A DNA stretch of 64,000 nt, from assembly GCA_002773095.1 (NCBI GenBank), contig PFCG01000018.1, positions 25,008 to 89,007 on the forward strand, in the 5' to 3' direction. Positions 19,969 to 29,550 of the stretch are shown here, in pieces. The number at the start of each line of letters is the position of its first letter. Position 1 is the stretch's first letter. Below the pieces are notes generated by a model, which saw only the letters and a list, made by a program, of their open reading frames with translations, ran no database searches and was not told the DNA's origin. The stretch is from Candidatus Moranbacteria bacterium CG10_big_fil_rev_8_21_14_0_10_35_21. GTDB taxonomy: Bacteria; Patescibacteriota; Minisyncoccia; Moranbacterales; UBA2206. Position numbers and translations under genes: made by a program.

Positions 19969-21242
19969 CTCCCTATCCCTTTATATATTATACCAAGTTT
20001 TCGGATTTTGTCCTTATCCAAACAATTCTTTCCATCTACAATAACTTTAATGCCAAACTTTTTAAAAATTTTTGGATTAATTTCCACAAATTCTTTATGA
20101 TCAGTCACTACCAAAACTGCGTCCGAATTTTCCAAAAGTTCTTCCAAAGATTTCACTGTGGATTTATTTTTAACATGCGGATCAAAAGAATTATATTTAG
20201 TTTTATATTCTTCCAATAATTTGATGATTTTAAAATAGGGGGATTCACGCATATCATCCACATTGGCCTTGTAGGAAATTCCCAACACTCCCACTCGCAC
20301 ATTTTTCATTGGCTTACCAGCCAAGTTTAATGCATCTTGTAACAATTCCACTGTATAGTTCGACATAGAATTATTGATTTTTCTAGCCAACTTTAAGAAA
20401 TCATGACTAAAACCAGAAAGTTTGGCTCGTTCAATTAGATAATATGGATCTACTGGGATGCAATGTCCACCTACTCCACAAGAGGGGAAATGAGCCATAA
20501 AGGCAAACGGTTTAGTGGCGGCACCTAGAATCACATCCTTCACATCAATATCCATTTTTTCAAACGATCTGGCCAACTCATTCACAAAAGCAATGTTAAT
20601 ATCTCGAAAAGAATTTTCCACAATTTTGACCGCTTCAGCTTCACGAATGGATTTCATCGGGCGAATAGCACCATCCACAATACTTTCATAAAATTCTTTG
20701 GCTATTTTTAATCCTTTAGCATCGAATGATCCAACCACGCGGGGGATATTAGTGACATTCCATTTTTTGTCACCGGGATTGATTCTTTCTGGACAGTGGG
20801 CCAGAAAAACATCTTTCCCAATTTCATATCCCGCTTTTTCAAATATTGGTTTAACCACTTCTTCTGAAACTCCCGGATTAACTGTTGATTCCAAAACCAC
20901 CAAAGCGCCTTTTTTTAAATTTCGTGCTACCGCTTCAGAAGCGCCAATAACTGGACTCAAATCTGGGTAAAATTTTTTGTCCACTGGGGTGGGAACGCAA
21001 ATCAAAACAATATCTGCTTCTTTAATTATTTTTTCGTCTGTTGAAGCCTTAACTTTAAATTTCGGCAAATTTTCTTCTAGAAATTTTTCTTCAATGGGAC
21101 TTTTTCCTTGATTAATCAAATCCACTTTCCGTTGATTCATTTCCAATCCTAGAATTTTATAGCCTTTTTCTGAACAACGCACTGCCAAAGGCAATCCCAC
21201 ATATCCCAAGCCAACAACGCAAACTGTTTTCTTTTGCTTCAT
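19965..21242 (-). CDS. UDP-N-acetylhexosamine 6-dehydrogenase (WecC/WbpA-like)
   Basis: GLGYVGLP, CVPTP, ESTVNPG, CPERINPG, GVGGHCIPVDPYY and YKANVDDMRESP motifs. Confidence 0.92.
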   Translation of the reverse strand: MKQKKTVCVVGLGYVGLPLAVRCSEKGYKILGLEMNQRKVDLINQGKSPIEEKFLEENLPKFKVKASTDEKIIKEADIVLICVPTPVDKKFYPDLSPVIGASEAVARNLKKGALVVLESTVNPGVSEEVVKPIFEKAGYEIGKDVFLAHCPERINPGDKKWNVTNIPRVVGSFDAKGLKIAKEFYESIVDGAIRPMKSIREAEAVKIVENSFRDINIAFVNELARSFEKMDIDVKDVILGAATKPFAFMAHFPSCGVGGHCIPVDPYYLIERAKLSGFSHDFLKLARKINNSMSNYTVELLQDALNLAGKPMKNVRVGVLGISYKANVDDMRESPYFKIIKLLEEYKTKYNSFDPHVKNKSTVKSLEELLENSDAVLVVTDHKEFVEINPKIFKKFGIKVIVDGKNCLDKDKIRKLGIIYKGIGR

Positions 21243-21378
21243 AAAAAATGGCCATTAATTATTATTTTATAATGTTTACAGTATATCAAAAAAACTTGTT
21301 CTAGTAAAATATCCTCCCTAAAGGAAATCCATATCCCTTGAAATTCGTTTTTCTAAAATTAAATCATTATTTCACCTG

Positions 21379-21422
21379 AAAATAGAGACTTCCATAGAGG
21401 CCTCTATGGAAGTCTCTATTTT
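21379..21422. repeat. Perfect 44-bp palindrome with no spacer
   Basis: aaaatagagacttccatagagg|cctctatggaagtctctatttt. Confidence 0.95.
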
Positions 21423-21424
21423 AG

Positions 21425-21453
21425 TTGACATCTTCCTTTTGATGTGCTACTTT
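21425..21453 (+). promoter_or_regulatory. Sigma70-type promoter
   Basis: TTGACA-17 bp-TACTTT with an extended -10 TG. Confidence 0.55.
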
Positions 21454-21480
21454 TCTCTATTAAAAAATAGCTGCTTTTTT

Positions 21481-21600
21481 ATGGGAGAAACAGACAAACT
21501 AGAAATTGCCTTTCATCTATTTATTTTTTTGGCCGTAATCGTTACGACTGGAATTTTTGGATATTACGCCGTTTCTTTAGCCGTAATGTTTTTAGTATAA
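21481..21600 (+). CDS. Putative 39-aa single-TM small protein
   Basis: MGETDKLEIAFHLFIFLAVIVTTGIFGYYAVSLAVMFLV*; ATG about 27 nt after the -10 box. Confidence 0.5.
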   Translation: MGETDKLEIAFHLFIFLAVIVTTGIFGYYAVSLAVMFLV

Positions 21601-21671
21601 ATATTTCATTTCATTTAAGTCGCTTACTCTTGCAACTTTTTATTTTCCCAAAAATGATATAAAATAGAGTA

Positions 21672-22832
21672 ATGAAAATCGGAATTAACGCGTCGTTTGT
21701 GCGCAAGGAGAATACGGGAATTGGACAGGTAACGATTAATTTCCTCAGGAAATTAATCGTGCAACATGAAACATGCAACATGAAACATGAGTTTGTTTTG
21801 TATTTGGAAGAGGATTTTGATTTAGACTTACCAGAAAATATTACCAGGCGCGTATTTTTGCCAATATGGAAACGCGATGATTTGATCCGCAAAATTTGGT
21901 GGGAAAAATATTTATTGCCAAAAATTGTGAAAAAAGATGGATGTGATATTTTTATTAGTTTATACCAATGCACTACCATATTACCTAATAAGGTAAAGCA
22001 CTTGATGGTGGTTCAAGATATTATTCCGAAACTTTTTCCTGAATATCTCAATAATTCACGCAAGCGATATTATTGGAATTTAACAGAAAAAGCCATTGAT
22101 AAAGCAGATAAAATTGTAGCTATCTCTAAACGGACTGAAAAAGATTTGATTCAACACCTAGTTATTGAGGCAAAAAAAATAGCCACTAATTATCTGGATG
22201 TAGATGAAATTTACAAAAAAAAGGTTTCCATTGAAACCAACGCTCGGGTTTTAAAAAAATATAAATTAGCTCCCGGCTATATTTATCACGGTGGGGGATT
22301 GGATGTCAGAAAAAATACGGAAAGTGTTATTCGCGCCTACAAGATTCTTCGGGATAAATTTTCCAGAAGCTTCTATGGCCACTTTCCTAAATTGGTAATT
22401 TCTGGAAAGCTACGACCTGAAATGGCACCTTTGATCACTGACGTAAAAAAAATTTCCAGAGAGCTCAATTTAACCAAAGAAATAAAATTTATTGGTTTTG
22501 TTCCGCAAAAAAGTTTACCCGCTATTTATAAGAATGCTTCAATGTTTGTCTATCCTTCCAAATATGAAGGGTTTGGCCTACCAATTTTAGAAGCTATGAA
22601 TCAAGGCACTCCAGTTATTACAGCTAAAACTTCTTCCTTGCCAGAAGTAGGAGGCGACGCGGTGCTTTATTGCAATCCTGATGATATTTATGAGTTGGTA
22701 ATGATAATGAAAAATGTTTTGACGAATGAAGATTTGCGTCGAACTCTTTCCGAAAGAGGAAAAGAAAGAGCCAAAAATTTTTCTTGGAATAAATTTGTCA
22801 AAAAAGTTTTGAATATTGTGGAAAATTTATAA
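21672..22832 (+). CDS. Glycosyltransferase family 4 (MtfB-like)
   Basis: TGIGQV, DIIP, RKN and YPSKYEGFGLPILEAM motifs. Confidence 0.9.
   Translation: MKIGINASFVRKENTGIGQVTINFLRKLIVQHETCNMKHEFVLYLEEDFDLDLPENITRRVFLPIWKRDDLIRKIWWEKYLLPKIVKKDGCDIFISLYQCTTILPNKVKHLMVVQDIIPKLFPEYLNNSRKRYYWNLTEKAIDKADKIVAISKRTEKDLIQHLVIEAKKIATNYLDVDEIYKKKVSIETNARVLKKYKLAPGYIYHGGGLDVRKNTESVIRAYKILRDKFSRSFYGHFPKLVISGKLRPEMAPLITDVKKISRELNLTKEIKFIGFVPQKSLPAIYKNASMFVYPSKYEGFGLPILEAMNQGTPVITAKTSSLPEVGGDAVLYCNPDDIYELVMIMKNVLTNEDLRRTLSERGKERAKNFSWNKFVKKVLNIVENL
21732..21790. repeat. In-gene 14-1-14 perfect palindrome followed by 7-bp tandem repeats
   Basis: acgattaatttcct-c-aggaaattaatcgt, then gcaacat-gaaacat-gcaacat-gaaacat (QHETCNMKHE). 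Confidence 0.8.
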
Positions 22833-22833
22833 T

Positions 22834-24435
22834 ATGTTTGAACGTTTAAAAAATATTAATAAAATTAAATTAGGGCTTCTGAACACCAATATTTTGTTGG
22901 TTTTCTTTTTGATTTTGCTTTCCAATCTGGGCGTTTTACCTTTCCAAAAAATGGGTGATTTTTTGTTTTTTGTTTTCCTAATTTTGGTTTTCGCTCTTTA
23001 CCGACCTGGTTGGGCCTTTTTATTCTTCATCGGGACCATCGCATTGGAAAATATCAATTTAGCTCCACGGGAAATTGGCATAATGATTCGGCCCTATCAA
23101 TTTTTTGGCACTCTTTCTATTTTGGCTATCGCAATCAGATTTTTGGCCAAGCGCCTTAATTTTCCATTGATTAAATTAAAATGGCCGGATTATTTAATTA
23201 TCCTTTTGGCTATTAGTAGTTTTATGAGTGCTTTCGCTTCACCAGATAAAATGGCTAGTTTAAAGCTGGCTGTTATTTTTCTTTCTTTTGTTTTTCTTTA
23301 TTTTTTGTCTCGGACTTTTATTCAAAATGCAGATGATTTGAAAAGAATTGTTCCTTTTTTCCTAAGTTCTTCCCTAATAATTATTTTTTATGGTATTTGG
23401 CAGAATATTCAATTTATTTTCGGCGGTAATGCCTTTGAAACTATGCCCGGAAGACCTAATGCCACGTTTTTTGAAGCCGATTGGCTGGGAATGTATTTGG
23501 TACTTTTATTAGCCACCCTATATTCTTTTATTTATTATTTCAATAAAAAATTATCGGCTATTTCTGGAATTATTAACGAAATTATAAATTATAAGCTACA
23601 AAAAATTATTTTATACACAATATATTTAGTACTCACGGCTTCATATATTTTATTAATTCTAACAGTTTCTCGAAGTGCTTGGTTGGGAGCGGCGACAGTT
23701 ACTTTAATTTTTTTGATAATAATTTTAACAAATTTAAAAAGTAACAATTGGAAGTGGAAGTTATTTACAAAAGTACTCCGAAATCTTGCTATAGCCGGAA
23801 TTTGTAGTATTGGGATTGTATATTTTTTCAATCTGACTAGTTTTCAGCTTTTTAATCGCGCACAAAGTACTGGAACAGGATTACAAAAAATTACTATCGC
23901 TTGCGAAAAACGGGTAGTCTTACCTGAAACGATTGCTGATATAGAGGAACTAAAGAAACATGATTGCAAACATATAAATTTAGAGGACATTGAATCAAAT
24001 AAAAGTGCTGGCAAAATAATTATGGAAGTTTACCGCCCGGATCCCAATGTGAATATTCGCCAAGAAATTTATCAAAAGTCCTTGGCAGAAATTAAGGATC
24101 ATCCAATTTTTGGAGTAGGATGGGGGAGCATCGGAAAAGTATTGGGAACTGACGAACGTGGAACAGACCTCAATTCCAGTAATATATTTCTGGAAATATA
24201 TTTAGGATCAGGCGTTGTAGGATTTTTAGCCTTTATTATTGTTTGGATTTATATTTTAGTATCCTCCATTAGAAATTTTTATTCCGCCAAAAATGAACTC
24301 TATAAAACTGTGGCAGCATTCATACTGTTAGGATTAATTGGATTGACTACTGCCAACTTGTTTAATGCCGGGATTCTGCTAGGCTTTATATGGGTCTTTT
24401 TGGCCCTTGGATTGATTAATAAGAAACCATCTTAA
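22834..24435 (+). CDS. O-antigen ligase/polymerase (Wzy_C) family membrane protein
   Basis: RPNATFFEADWLG, TVSRSAWLG, R.EIY and HPIFGVGWG motifs; polytopic. Confidence 0.82.
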   Translation: MFERLKNINKIKLGLLNTNILLVFFLILLSNLGVLPFQKMGDFLFFVFLILVFALYRPGWAFLFFIGTIALENINLAPREIGIMIRPYQFFGTLSILAIAIRFLAKRLNFPLIKLKWPDYLIILLAISSFMSAFASPDKMASLKLAVIFLSFVFLYFLSRTFIQNADDLKRIVPFFLSSSLIIIFYGIWQNIQFIFGGNAFETMPGRPNATFFEADWLGMYLVLLLATLYSFIYYFNKKLSAISGIINEIINYKLQKIILYTIYLVLTASYILLILTVSRSAWLGAATVTLIFLIIILTNLKSNNWKWKLFTKVLRNLAIAGICSIGIVYFFNLTSFQLFNRAQSTGTGLQKITIACEKRVVLPETIADIEELKKHDCKHINLEDIESNKSAGKIIMEVYRPDPNVNIRQEIYQKSLAEIKDHPIFGVGWGSIGKVLGTDERGTDLNSSNIFLEIYLGSGVVGFLAFIIVWIYILVSSIRNFYSAKNELYKTVAAFILLGLIGLTTANLFNAGILLGFIWVFLALGLINKKPS

Positions 24436-25580
24436 TGCACATAGGAATAGACATTAGAAATATAGGGAAAAAAAGAACCGGCGATGAGGTGGTGTTTTTT
24501 AATTTAGTAAAGCATTTGGCTTTAATTGACAGTATAAATGAATATTCACTTTTCACAGACATAACCGACACTACCATACTACATAGTATAGTAGTAAAAT
24601 TGGGAGTTGAGTTGAAAAATAATTTTAAAATTATTTCCTTGCCTTGTTCGAATAAATTTGTTTGGAATTTTTGGACATTACCGAAATATTTACGGCGTAA
24701 TCCGGTAGACATTTATCAGACGCAATACATTACTCCATTTTTTGTGCCAAAGAAAGTGAAAATAATCACCATTATTCATGATATTTCTTTTAACTTTTTT
24801 CCTCGATTAATCAAACTTCTTGATCTTATTTTTCTAAAAATTTTTATTCCTATCAGCCTCAAGCGAGCCGAAAAAATTCTGACCGTTTCTCAATTCACTC
24901 GTGATGAAATAATAAATTATTATCACATTCCGAATGAAAAAATAGATTTTTTTTATAATTCCATTTCTGACAATTTTTCCAAACTAGCCACTGATCAAGA
25001 AATGGCTTTGGCTGAGAAAAAATATAATTTACCGGAAAAATTTATTTTTTATATTGGAACTATGCAACTCAGAAAAAATTTATTTTTTTTAATTGAGGCT
25101 TTCGCTAAAATAAAAAATAGATTACCTGGAGTTAAATTGGTTTTAGCCGGAAATAAAGGCGCCCATAATTATGATTCTCAAATTGATATGGTAATAAAAA
25201 AGTATTCTCTGAAAAATGAGGTTATTTTTCCTGGCTTCATTGATGAACAAGATAAATCGGCTGTTTTTCGAAAAGCTCAACTTTTTTGCTTTCCCTCTTT
25301 ATATGAAGGTTTTGGCATTCCCCTTTTAGAGGCTATGAGTCAGGAAGTTCCAGTTCTAGCTTCAGATATTCCCAGCCTACGGGAAGTAGCGGAAAAAGGA
25401 GCTTTATTTTTTAATCCAAAACAGGTTGCTGATTTGTCAGAAAAAATATATAATATTTACAATGATGAAAATTTAAGAAATGCTCTTCGCCAGTCCGGTC
25501 GTGACCGGCTACGGTTTTTTTCTTGGGAAACTGCAGCCGAAAAAATTTTAAATATTTATAACAATTTAATTAAGAAATAA
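24435..25580 (+). CDS. Glycosyltransferase family 4 (MtfB-like)
   Basis: IIHDISF, RKNL and FPSLYEGFGIPLLEAM motifs. Confidence 0.9.
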   Translation: MHIGIDIRNIGKKRTGDEVVFFNLVKHLALIDSINEYSLFTDITDTTILHSIVVKLGVELKNNFKIISLPCSNKFVWNFWTLPKYLRRNPVDIYQTQYITPFFVPKKVKIITIIHDISFNFFPRLIKLLDLIFLKIFIPISLKRAEKILTVSQFTRDEIINYYHIPNEKIDFFYNSISDNFSKLATDQEMALAEKKYNLPEKFIFYIGTMQLRKNLFFLIEAFAKIKNRLPGVKLVLAGNKGAHNYDSQIDMVIKKYSLKNEVIFPGFIDEQDKSAVFRKAQLFCFPSLYEGFGIPLLEAMSQEVPVLASDIPSLREVAEKGALFFNPKQVADLSEKIYNIYNDENLRNALRQSGRDRLRFFSWETAAEKILNIYNNLIKK

Positions 25581-25584
25581 AAAT

Positions 25585-26793
25585 ATGTATTTTACAGAAA
25601 AGTTTTCTGATTCCAATAAACCCGCCCAAGAAAAATTTTATAAAAAAAAGTGGTTTAAAATCGCCGGACCAATTATTCTTATTTTAATCATTGGGGGCTG
25701 TGCGATGGCTTTTAAGACTGGCCTAACTCTGAACAAAATAACTGGTGGAGGCCTTTTGCAGTCTGTCATTCACAATATTCCGGGAGTCAAAAACACTCTT
25801 AAAGGAGAAGAAGATGGTAGAATTAATATTTTACTTTTAGGTATGCGTGGAGAAAATGTCCCCGGAGGAGGACTTTTAGCCGACACTATTATGGTGGCTA
25901 GTATCCTGCCTCAAGAAAATAAGGTAGCTTTAATTTCTATTCCTCGTGATCTTTATGTAAACAATCCCGGTTGGGCCAATAAAAGTAAAATTAATGCTGT
26001 TTATGCGGCTGGGGAAGAAAAAGAGAGGAGTAAAGGATTAGCGGATATGAAGCAAGTGGTGGGTGATATTACTGGGTTGCCTATTTATTATGCTTCTAGC
26101 ATTAACTTTAAAGGTTTTTCTGATTTAGTGAATACTTTGGGCGGAATTGAAATAACTCTTAAGGAATCTTTTTCCGAGCCATTACAGTTTAATGAACCCC
26201 ACCCGTGTGATTCTAATGTTTTTACCAAGCCCACTGGAAAATATGAAACCAAAGAAGTGGTTACTAGCCGAAAGTTAGATGGAAGAAAAAGTTACAAAAC
26301 AGAAACTTTTTCTACTTGCACTAATCCGGATATAGAATGTGGTGGCAATTTTTCCCTTCCGGCCGGAACGCAAACTCTTGATGGAGAAACCGCACTCTGT
26401 TATGTTAGATCTCGTACTACTTCCAGTGATTTTGAAAGAGCTAAGCGCCAACAAATTGTAATTCAAAAAATTAGAGAAAAAGGTCTAAGCATTGGAACCC
26501 TGAGTGATTTTTCAAAGATTAGCGGAATGCTAAATAGCTTGGGAGACAACGTTAGAACAGATATGCAAATATGGGAAATTCAAAAACTTTTTGATATTTA
26601 TCGGGAAATGAATAATCCTCAAGTATTTCAACGGGTTTTGGAAAATAGTGGAGAGGAATTCCTTTATAGCCCCAAAGAAAGTAATGGAGCCGGTTATATC
26701 CTTTTGCCTATTGGTGATAACTACGACAAAATTCGTGAGATGGCTGAAAATATTTTCACTTTGCCGGCTCAATCGGATATTGAACCAAAATAA
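25585..26793 (+). CDS. LCP (LytR-CpsA-Psr) family glycopolymer transferase
   Basis: INILLLG, DTIMV, SIPRD, KINA and YVRSR..SDFERAKRQQ motifs; N-terminal TM helix. Confidence 0.9.
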   Translation: MYFTEKFSDSNKPAQEKFYKKKWFKIAGPIILILIIGGCAMAFKTGLTLNKITGGGLLQSVIHNIPGVKNTLKGEEDGRINILLLGMRGENVPGGGLLADTIMVASILPQENKVALISIPRDLYVNNPGWANKSKINAVYAAGEEKERSKGLADMKQVVGDITGLPIYYASSINFKGFSDLVNTLGGIEITLKESFSEPLQFNEPHPCDSNVFTKPTGKYETKEVVTSRKLDGRKSYKTETFSTCTNPDIECGGNFSLPAGTQTLDGETALCYVRSRTTSSDFERAKRQQIVIQKIREKGLSIGTLSDFSKISGMLNSLGDNVRTDMQIWEIQKLFDIYREMNNPQVFQRVLENSGEEFLYSPKESNGAGYILLPIGDNYDKIREMAENIFTLPAQSDIEPK

Positions 26794-26804
26794 ACTAAAA
26801 CCTA

Positions 26805-27620
26805 ATGAAGCTTTCCATTATCGTAACCAGTTATAAAAACCCGGGATTGCTTCGGCTTTGTCTTGATTCAATTAAAAATAATCTGACTTTGAGCGATTTT
26901 GAAATAATCGTAGCCGACAGTGAAACAGAAGAAGATACGGAAATCTTAATGAGAGAAAGTTATCCGGAAATAAAATTTTTGCCCAGCCAAAAGAATGTCG
27001 GCTTTCAATTTTTGGTTCGTCGCGGTTTTGAAACTAGTCAGGGAGATTATATTTTTATTCTAAATGGAGATATCATAGCCACTGAGCGATCAATTGAAAA
27101 ACTTCTAGAATATCTGGAAAATAATCCTTCCGTTGGACTAGTTGGACCGAAACTTTTAAATTTTAATGAAACTCTGCAATATTCCTGTTTCCGTTTCTAC
27201 AAACCTACCACCATTATCTACCGCCGAACTTTTTTGGGAAAATTCGGTTTTGCTCAAAAAACCCTTGATTATTTTTTAATGAAGGACTTTGATCGCCAAA
27301 ACACCCGCGAAGTAGATTGGATTATGGGTTCCGCTATTATGACTTCCAGAAAAGCCATAAAAAAAGTAGGTTTAATGGATCCGCGTTTTAAAATGTATTT
27401 AGAAGATACAGATTGGTGCCGACGTTTCTGGAAAAACAGCTACTCAGTAGTTTATTTCCCCAATTCCCAAATGTATCATTACCACGGACGAGGATCAGCT
27501 GGAAAAAATGCTATTCAGCTTCTACTTTCCAATCCTCTCACTTGGCTGCACATTTCTAGCGCCCTAAAATATTTTATTAAATACCTAGGTCAGCCATCTC
27601 CCCATAAAGAAAAACTCTAA
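26805..27620 (+). CDS. GT2 glycosyltransferase (WbbL/rhamnosyltransferase-like)
   Basis: LSIIVTSY, LNGD, VDWIMGS and FKMYLEDTDWCRR motifs. Confidence 0.88.
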   Translation: MKLSIIVTSYKNPGLLRLCLDSIKNNLTLSDFEIIVADSETEEDTEILMRESYPEIKFLPSQKNVGFQFLVRRGFETSQGDYIFILNGDIIATERSIEKLLEYLENNPSVGLVGPKLLNFNETLQYSCFRFYKPTTIIYRRTFLGKFGFAQKTLDYFLMKDFDRQNTREVDWIMGSAIMTSRKAIKKVGLMDPRFKMYLEDTDWCRRFWKNSYSVVYFPNSQMYHYHGRGSAGKNAIQLLLSNPLTWLHISSALKYFIKYLGQPSPHKEKL

Positions 27621-27630
27621 AAAAATACCT

Positions 27631-28896
27631 ATGGAAAATAACTTACCAGAATGCGGTTATAAAAAAACAGGAGAAAAATTTTTAAAAAAATATTTATCTT
27701 TATTTTTTACGCTTTTTTTAATTGTCGCTGGTTATGGTATTGGTTATGAAAAAGGAAAATCATCCATCGATGATTCTCCTAAGCCCATTATTTCTACTAA
27801 CATTGCCAATCAAAAGCCTACTCAAGAACAAAACCTTGATTTTTCCCTTTACTGGAAGGCTTGGGATTTAGTAAAAGAAAAATACGTTGGAAAAAATTCC
27901 ATAGACGCCCAAAAACTTTTGTATGGCTCTATTAATGGTATGCTAAAGGCCACCGGTGATCCTTATATGAATTTTTTTGATCCGGAAGAAACCAAAATTT
28001 TCAATCAAGATATGGAGGGCAGTTTTGAAGGTATTGGAGCAGAATTAGGTATAAAGGATGATATTCTCACCATTATTGCACCATTAGATGAATCTCCAGC
28101 TCAGAAAGCCGGCTTACGCGCAGGAGATAAAATACTAAAAATCGGAGAAAAATTAACTTCCGACACCTCTATTGATGAGGCGGTAGATTTAATTCGCGGG
28201 AAAAAAGGAACCGAAATAAAATTGACCGTTCTTCATCAGGGACAAGACGAAACTGAAGAAATTTCCATTATTCGTGATGTTATTTTAGTAGCCAGTGTCA
28301 AGCTGGAATTTAAGGAAGATAACTTAGCTTATTTAAAAATCAACAAATTTGGAGAAGACACCTTCAAAGAATTTTCCGAAGCAGTCAATAAAATATTATC
28401 TCATAATTCCCCAGGCCTAATTATTGATCTTCGAAACAATCCGGGAGGCTTTTTGGATCAGACAGTTAAAATTGCCGGATTACTTTTGCCCAGAAATTCT
28501 TCAGTGGTCATCGAAGAAGATTATGCTGGAAAAAAAGAAACATTAAAAACTTCCGGAGGAGACAAATTAAGTTCACTCCCAACCGTTATTTTAATTAATG
28601 AGGGCAGTGCCAGTGCCTCGGAAATTTTAGCTGGTGCTTTACACGATAATTTAGGCACTCAAATAATTGGCAAGAAATCTTTTGGTAAGGGAACAGTCCA
28701 AGAATTAATTAGTTTACCTACTAAAACTAGCATCAAAATAACTGTCGCTAAATGGCTAACACCCAAGGAAAATTATATCGATGAAAAAGGTATTAATCCT
28801 GATATAGAAATTGATTTAAGCCTAGATGATTTTAAAAATAATCGCGACCCACAGATGGAAAAAGCCCTAGAAATTCTTAAGGAGAAAATAAATTAG
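27631..28896 (+). CDS. ctpA: S41 family C-terminal processing protease with PDZ domain
   Basis: DPY, GIGA (PDZ), DLRNNPGG, SASASEILAGAL and SFGKGTVQ motifs. Confidence 0.9.
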   Translation: MENNLPECGYKKTGEKFLKKYLSLFFTLFLIVAGYGIGYEKGKSSIDDSPKPIISTNIANQKPTQEQNLDFSLYWKAWDLVKEKYVGKNSIDAQKLLYGSINGMLKATGDPYMNFFDPEETKIFNQDMEGSFEGIGAELGIKDDILTIIAPLDESPAQKAGLRAGDKILKIGEKLTSDTSIDEAVDLIRGKKGTEIKLTVLHQGQDETEEISIIRDVILVASVKLEFKEDNLAYLKINKFGEDTFKEFSEAVNKILSHNSPGLIIDLRNNPGGFLDQTVKIAGLLLPRNSSVVIEEDYAGKKETLKTSGGDKLSSLPTVILINEGSASASEILAGALHDNLGTQIIGKKSFGKGTVQELISLPTKTSIKITVAKWLTPKENYIDEKGINPDIEIDLSLDDFKNNRDPQMEKALEILKEKIN

Positions 28897-28935
28897 CTTC
28901 TTGCCTGAAACTTTTTTTTCGGATATAATGAATAT

Positions 28936-29385
28936 ATGAAAGTTATCCTACTTCAAGACATAAAAAATATCGGTAAAAAATGGGAAGTTAAAGAGGTTTC
29001 TAACGGCTTTGCCATAAATTTTCTTTTGCCTAAAAAAATGGTGGCTATGGCTACTGATTCTGCTTTAAAAAAATCTGAAAAAGAAAAAACCAATATCGTT
29101 GAAAAGGAAAAGGATGATTTAGAGAAAAATCAGCTTCTAGCCGAAAATCTACAAGGCAAGGAGTTGTTAATTAAGGCCAAAGAAAAAGAAGGAAAACTTT
29201 TTGGATCTATCTCGGCTAAAAACATTGCCAAAGAGTTAGCTCGAGAAAATTTTCAAATCAAAGAGGAATCTATTATTTTATCAGAACCTATCAAAGAAAT
29301 AGGGGAGTATGATATTAAGATAGAGCTAGGCCATGGGTTGGAATCTTTTCTGAAATTGGTGATAGAAAGTGAAAACGAAAAATAA
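28936..29385 (+). CDS. rplI: 50S ribosomal protein L9
   Basis: MKVILLQD...EVSNGFAINFLLP and KLFGSIS motifs. Confidence 0.95.
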   Translation: MKVILLQDIKNIGKKWEVKEVSNGFAINFLLPKKMVAMATDSALKKSEKEKTNIVEKEKDDLEKNQLLAENLQGKELLIKAKEKEGKLFGSISAKNIAKELARENFQIKEESIILSEPIKEIGEYDIKIELGHGLESFLKLVIESENEK

Positions 29386-29386
29386 A

Positions 29387-29462
29387 CCCCACACCCAAAA
29401 CATAAACACAAAAATTTTCAGTATAGAACATTATTCCCAATAAAAATATTTGGGTGTAGGGG
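29387..29462. mobile_element. MITE/REPIN-like element with CCCCACAC terminal inverted repeats flanked by TAAA
   Basis: taaa[ccccacacccaaa...tttgggtgtagggg]taaa. Confidence 0.65.
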
Positions 29463-29498
29463 TAAAGACATATTTTAATAACTAAATCGGCCAAAAAG

Positions 29499-29521
29499 AG
29501 TCGCAGGGGAAGCGACTTTTT
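29499..29521 (+). terminator. Intrinsic terminator-like hairpin between rplI and pyrG
   Basis: agtcgc-aggggaa-gcgact followed by a T run. Confidence 0.5.
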
Positions 29522-29550
29522 ATCGTAAAAATTAATTTTTTAATTCTAAT

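Noticed and set aside
21611-21979. 122-aa minus-strand ORF containing CFMLHVSCC
   Set aside because: Antisense to the GT4 gene; the Cys-rich stretch is the reverse reading of the heptamer repeat.
29467-29550. pyrG attenuator of the Bacillus reiterative-transcription type
   Set aside because: A hairpin and T run are present, but no clear promoter or GGGC start; it is equally explained as the rplI terminator.
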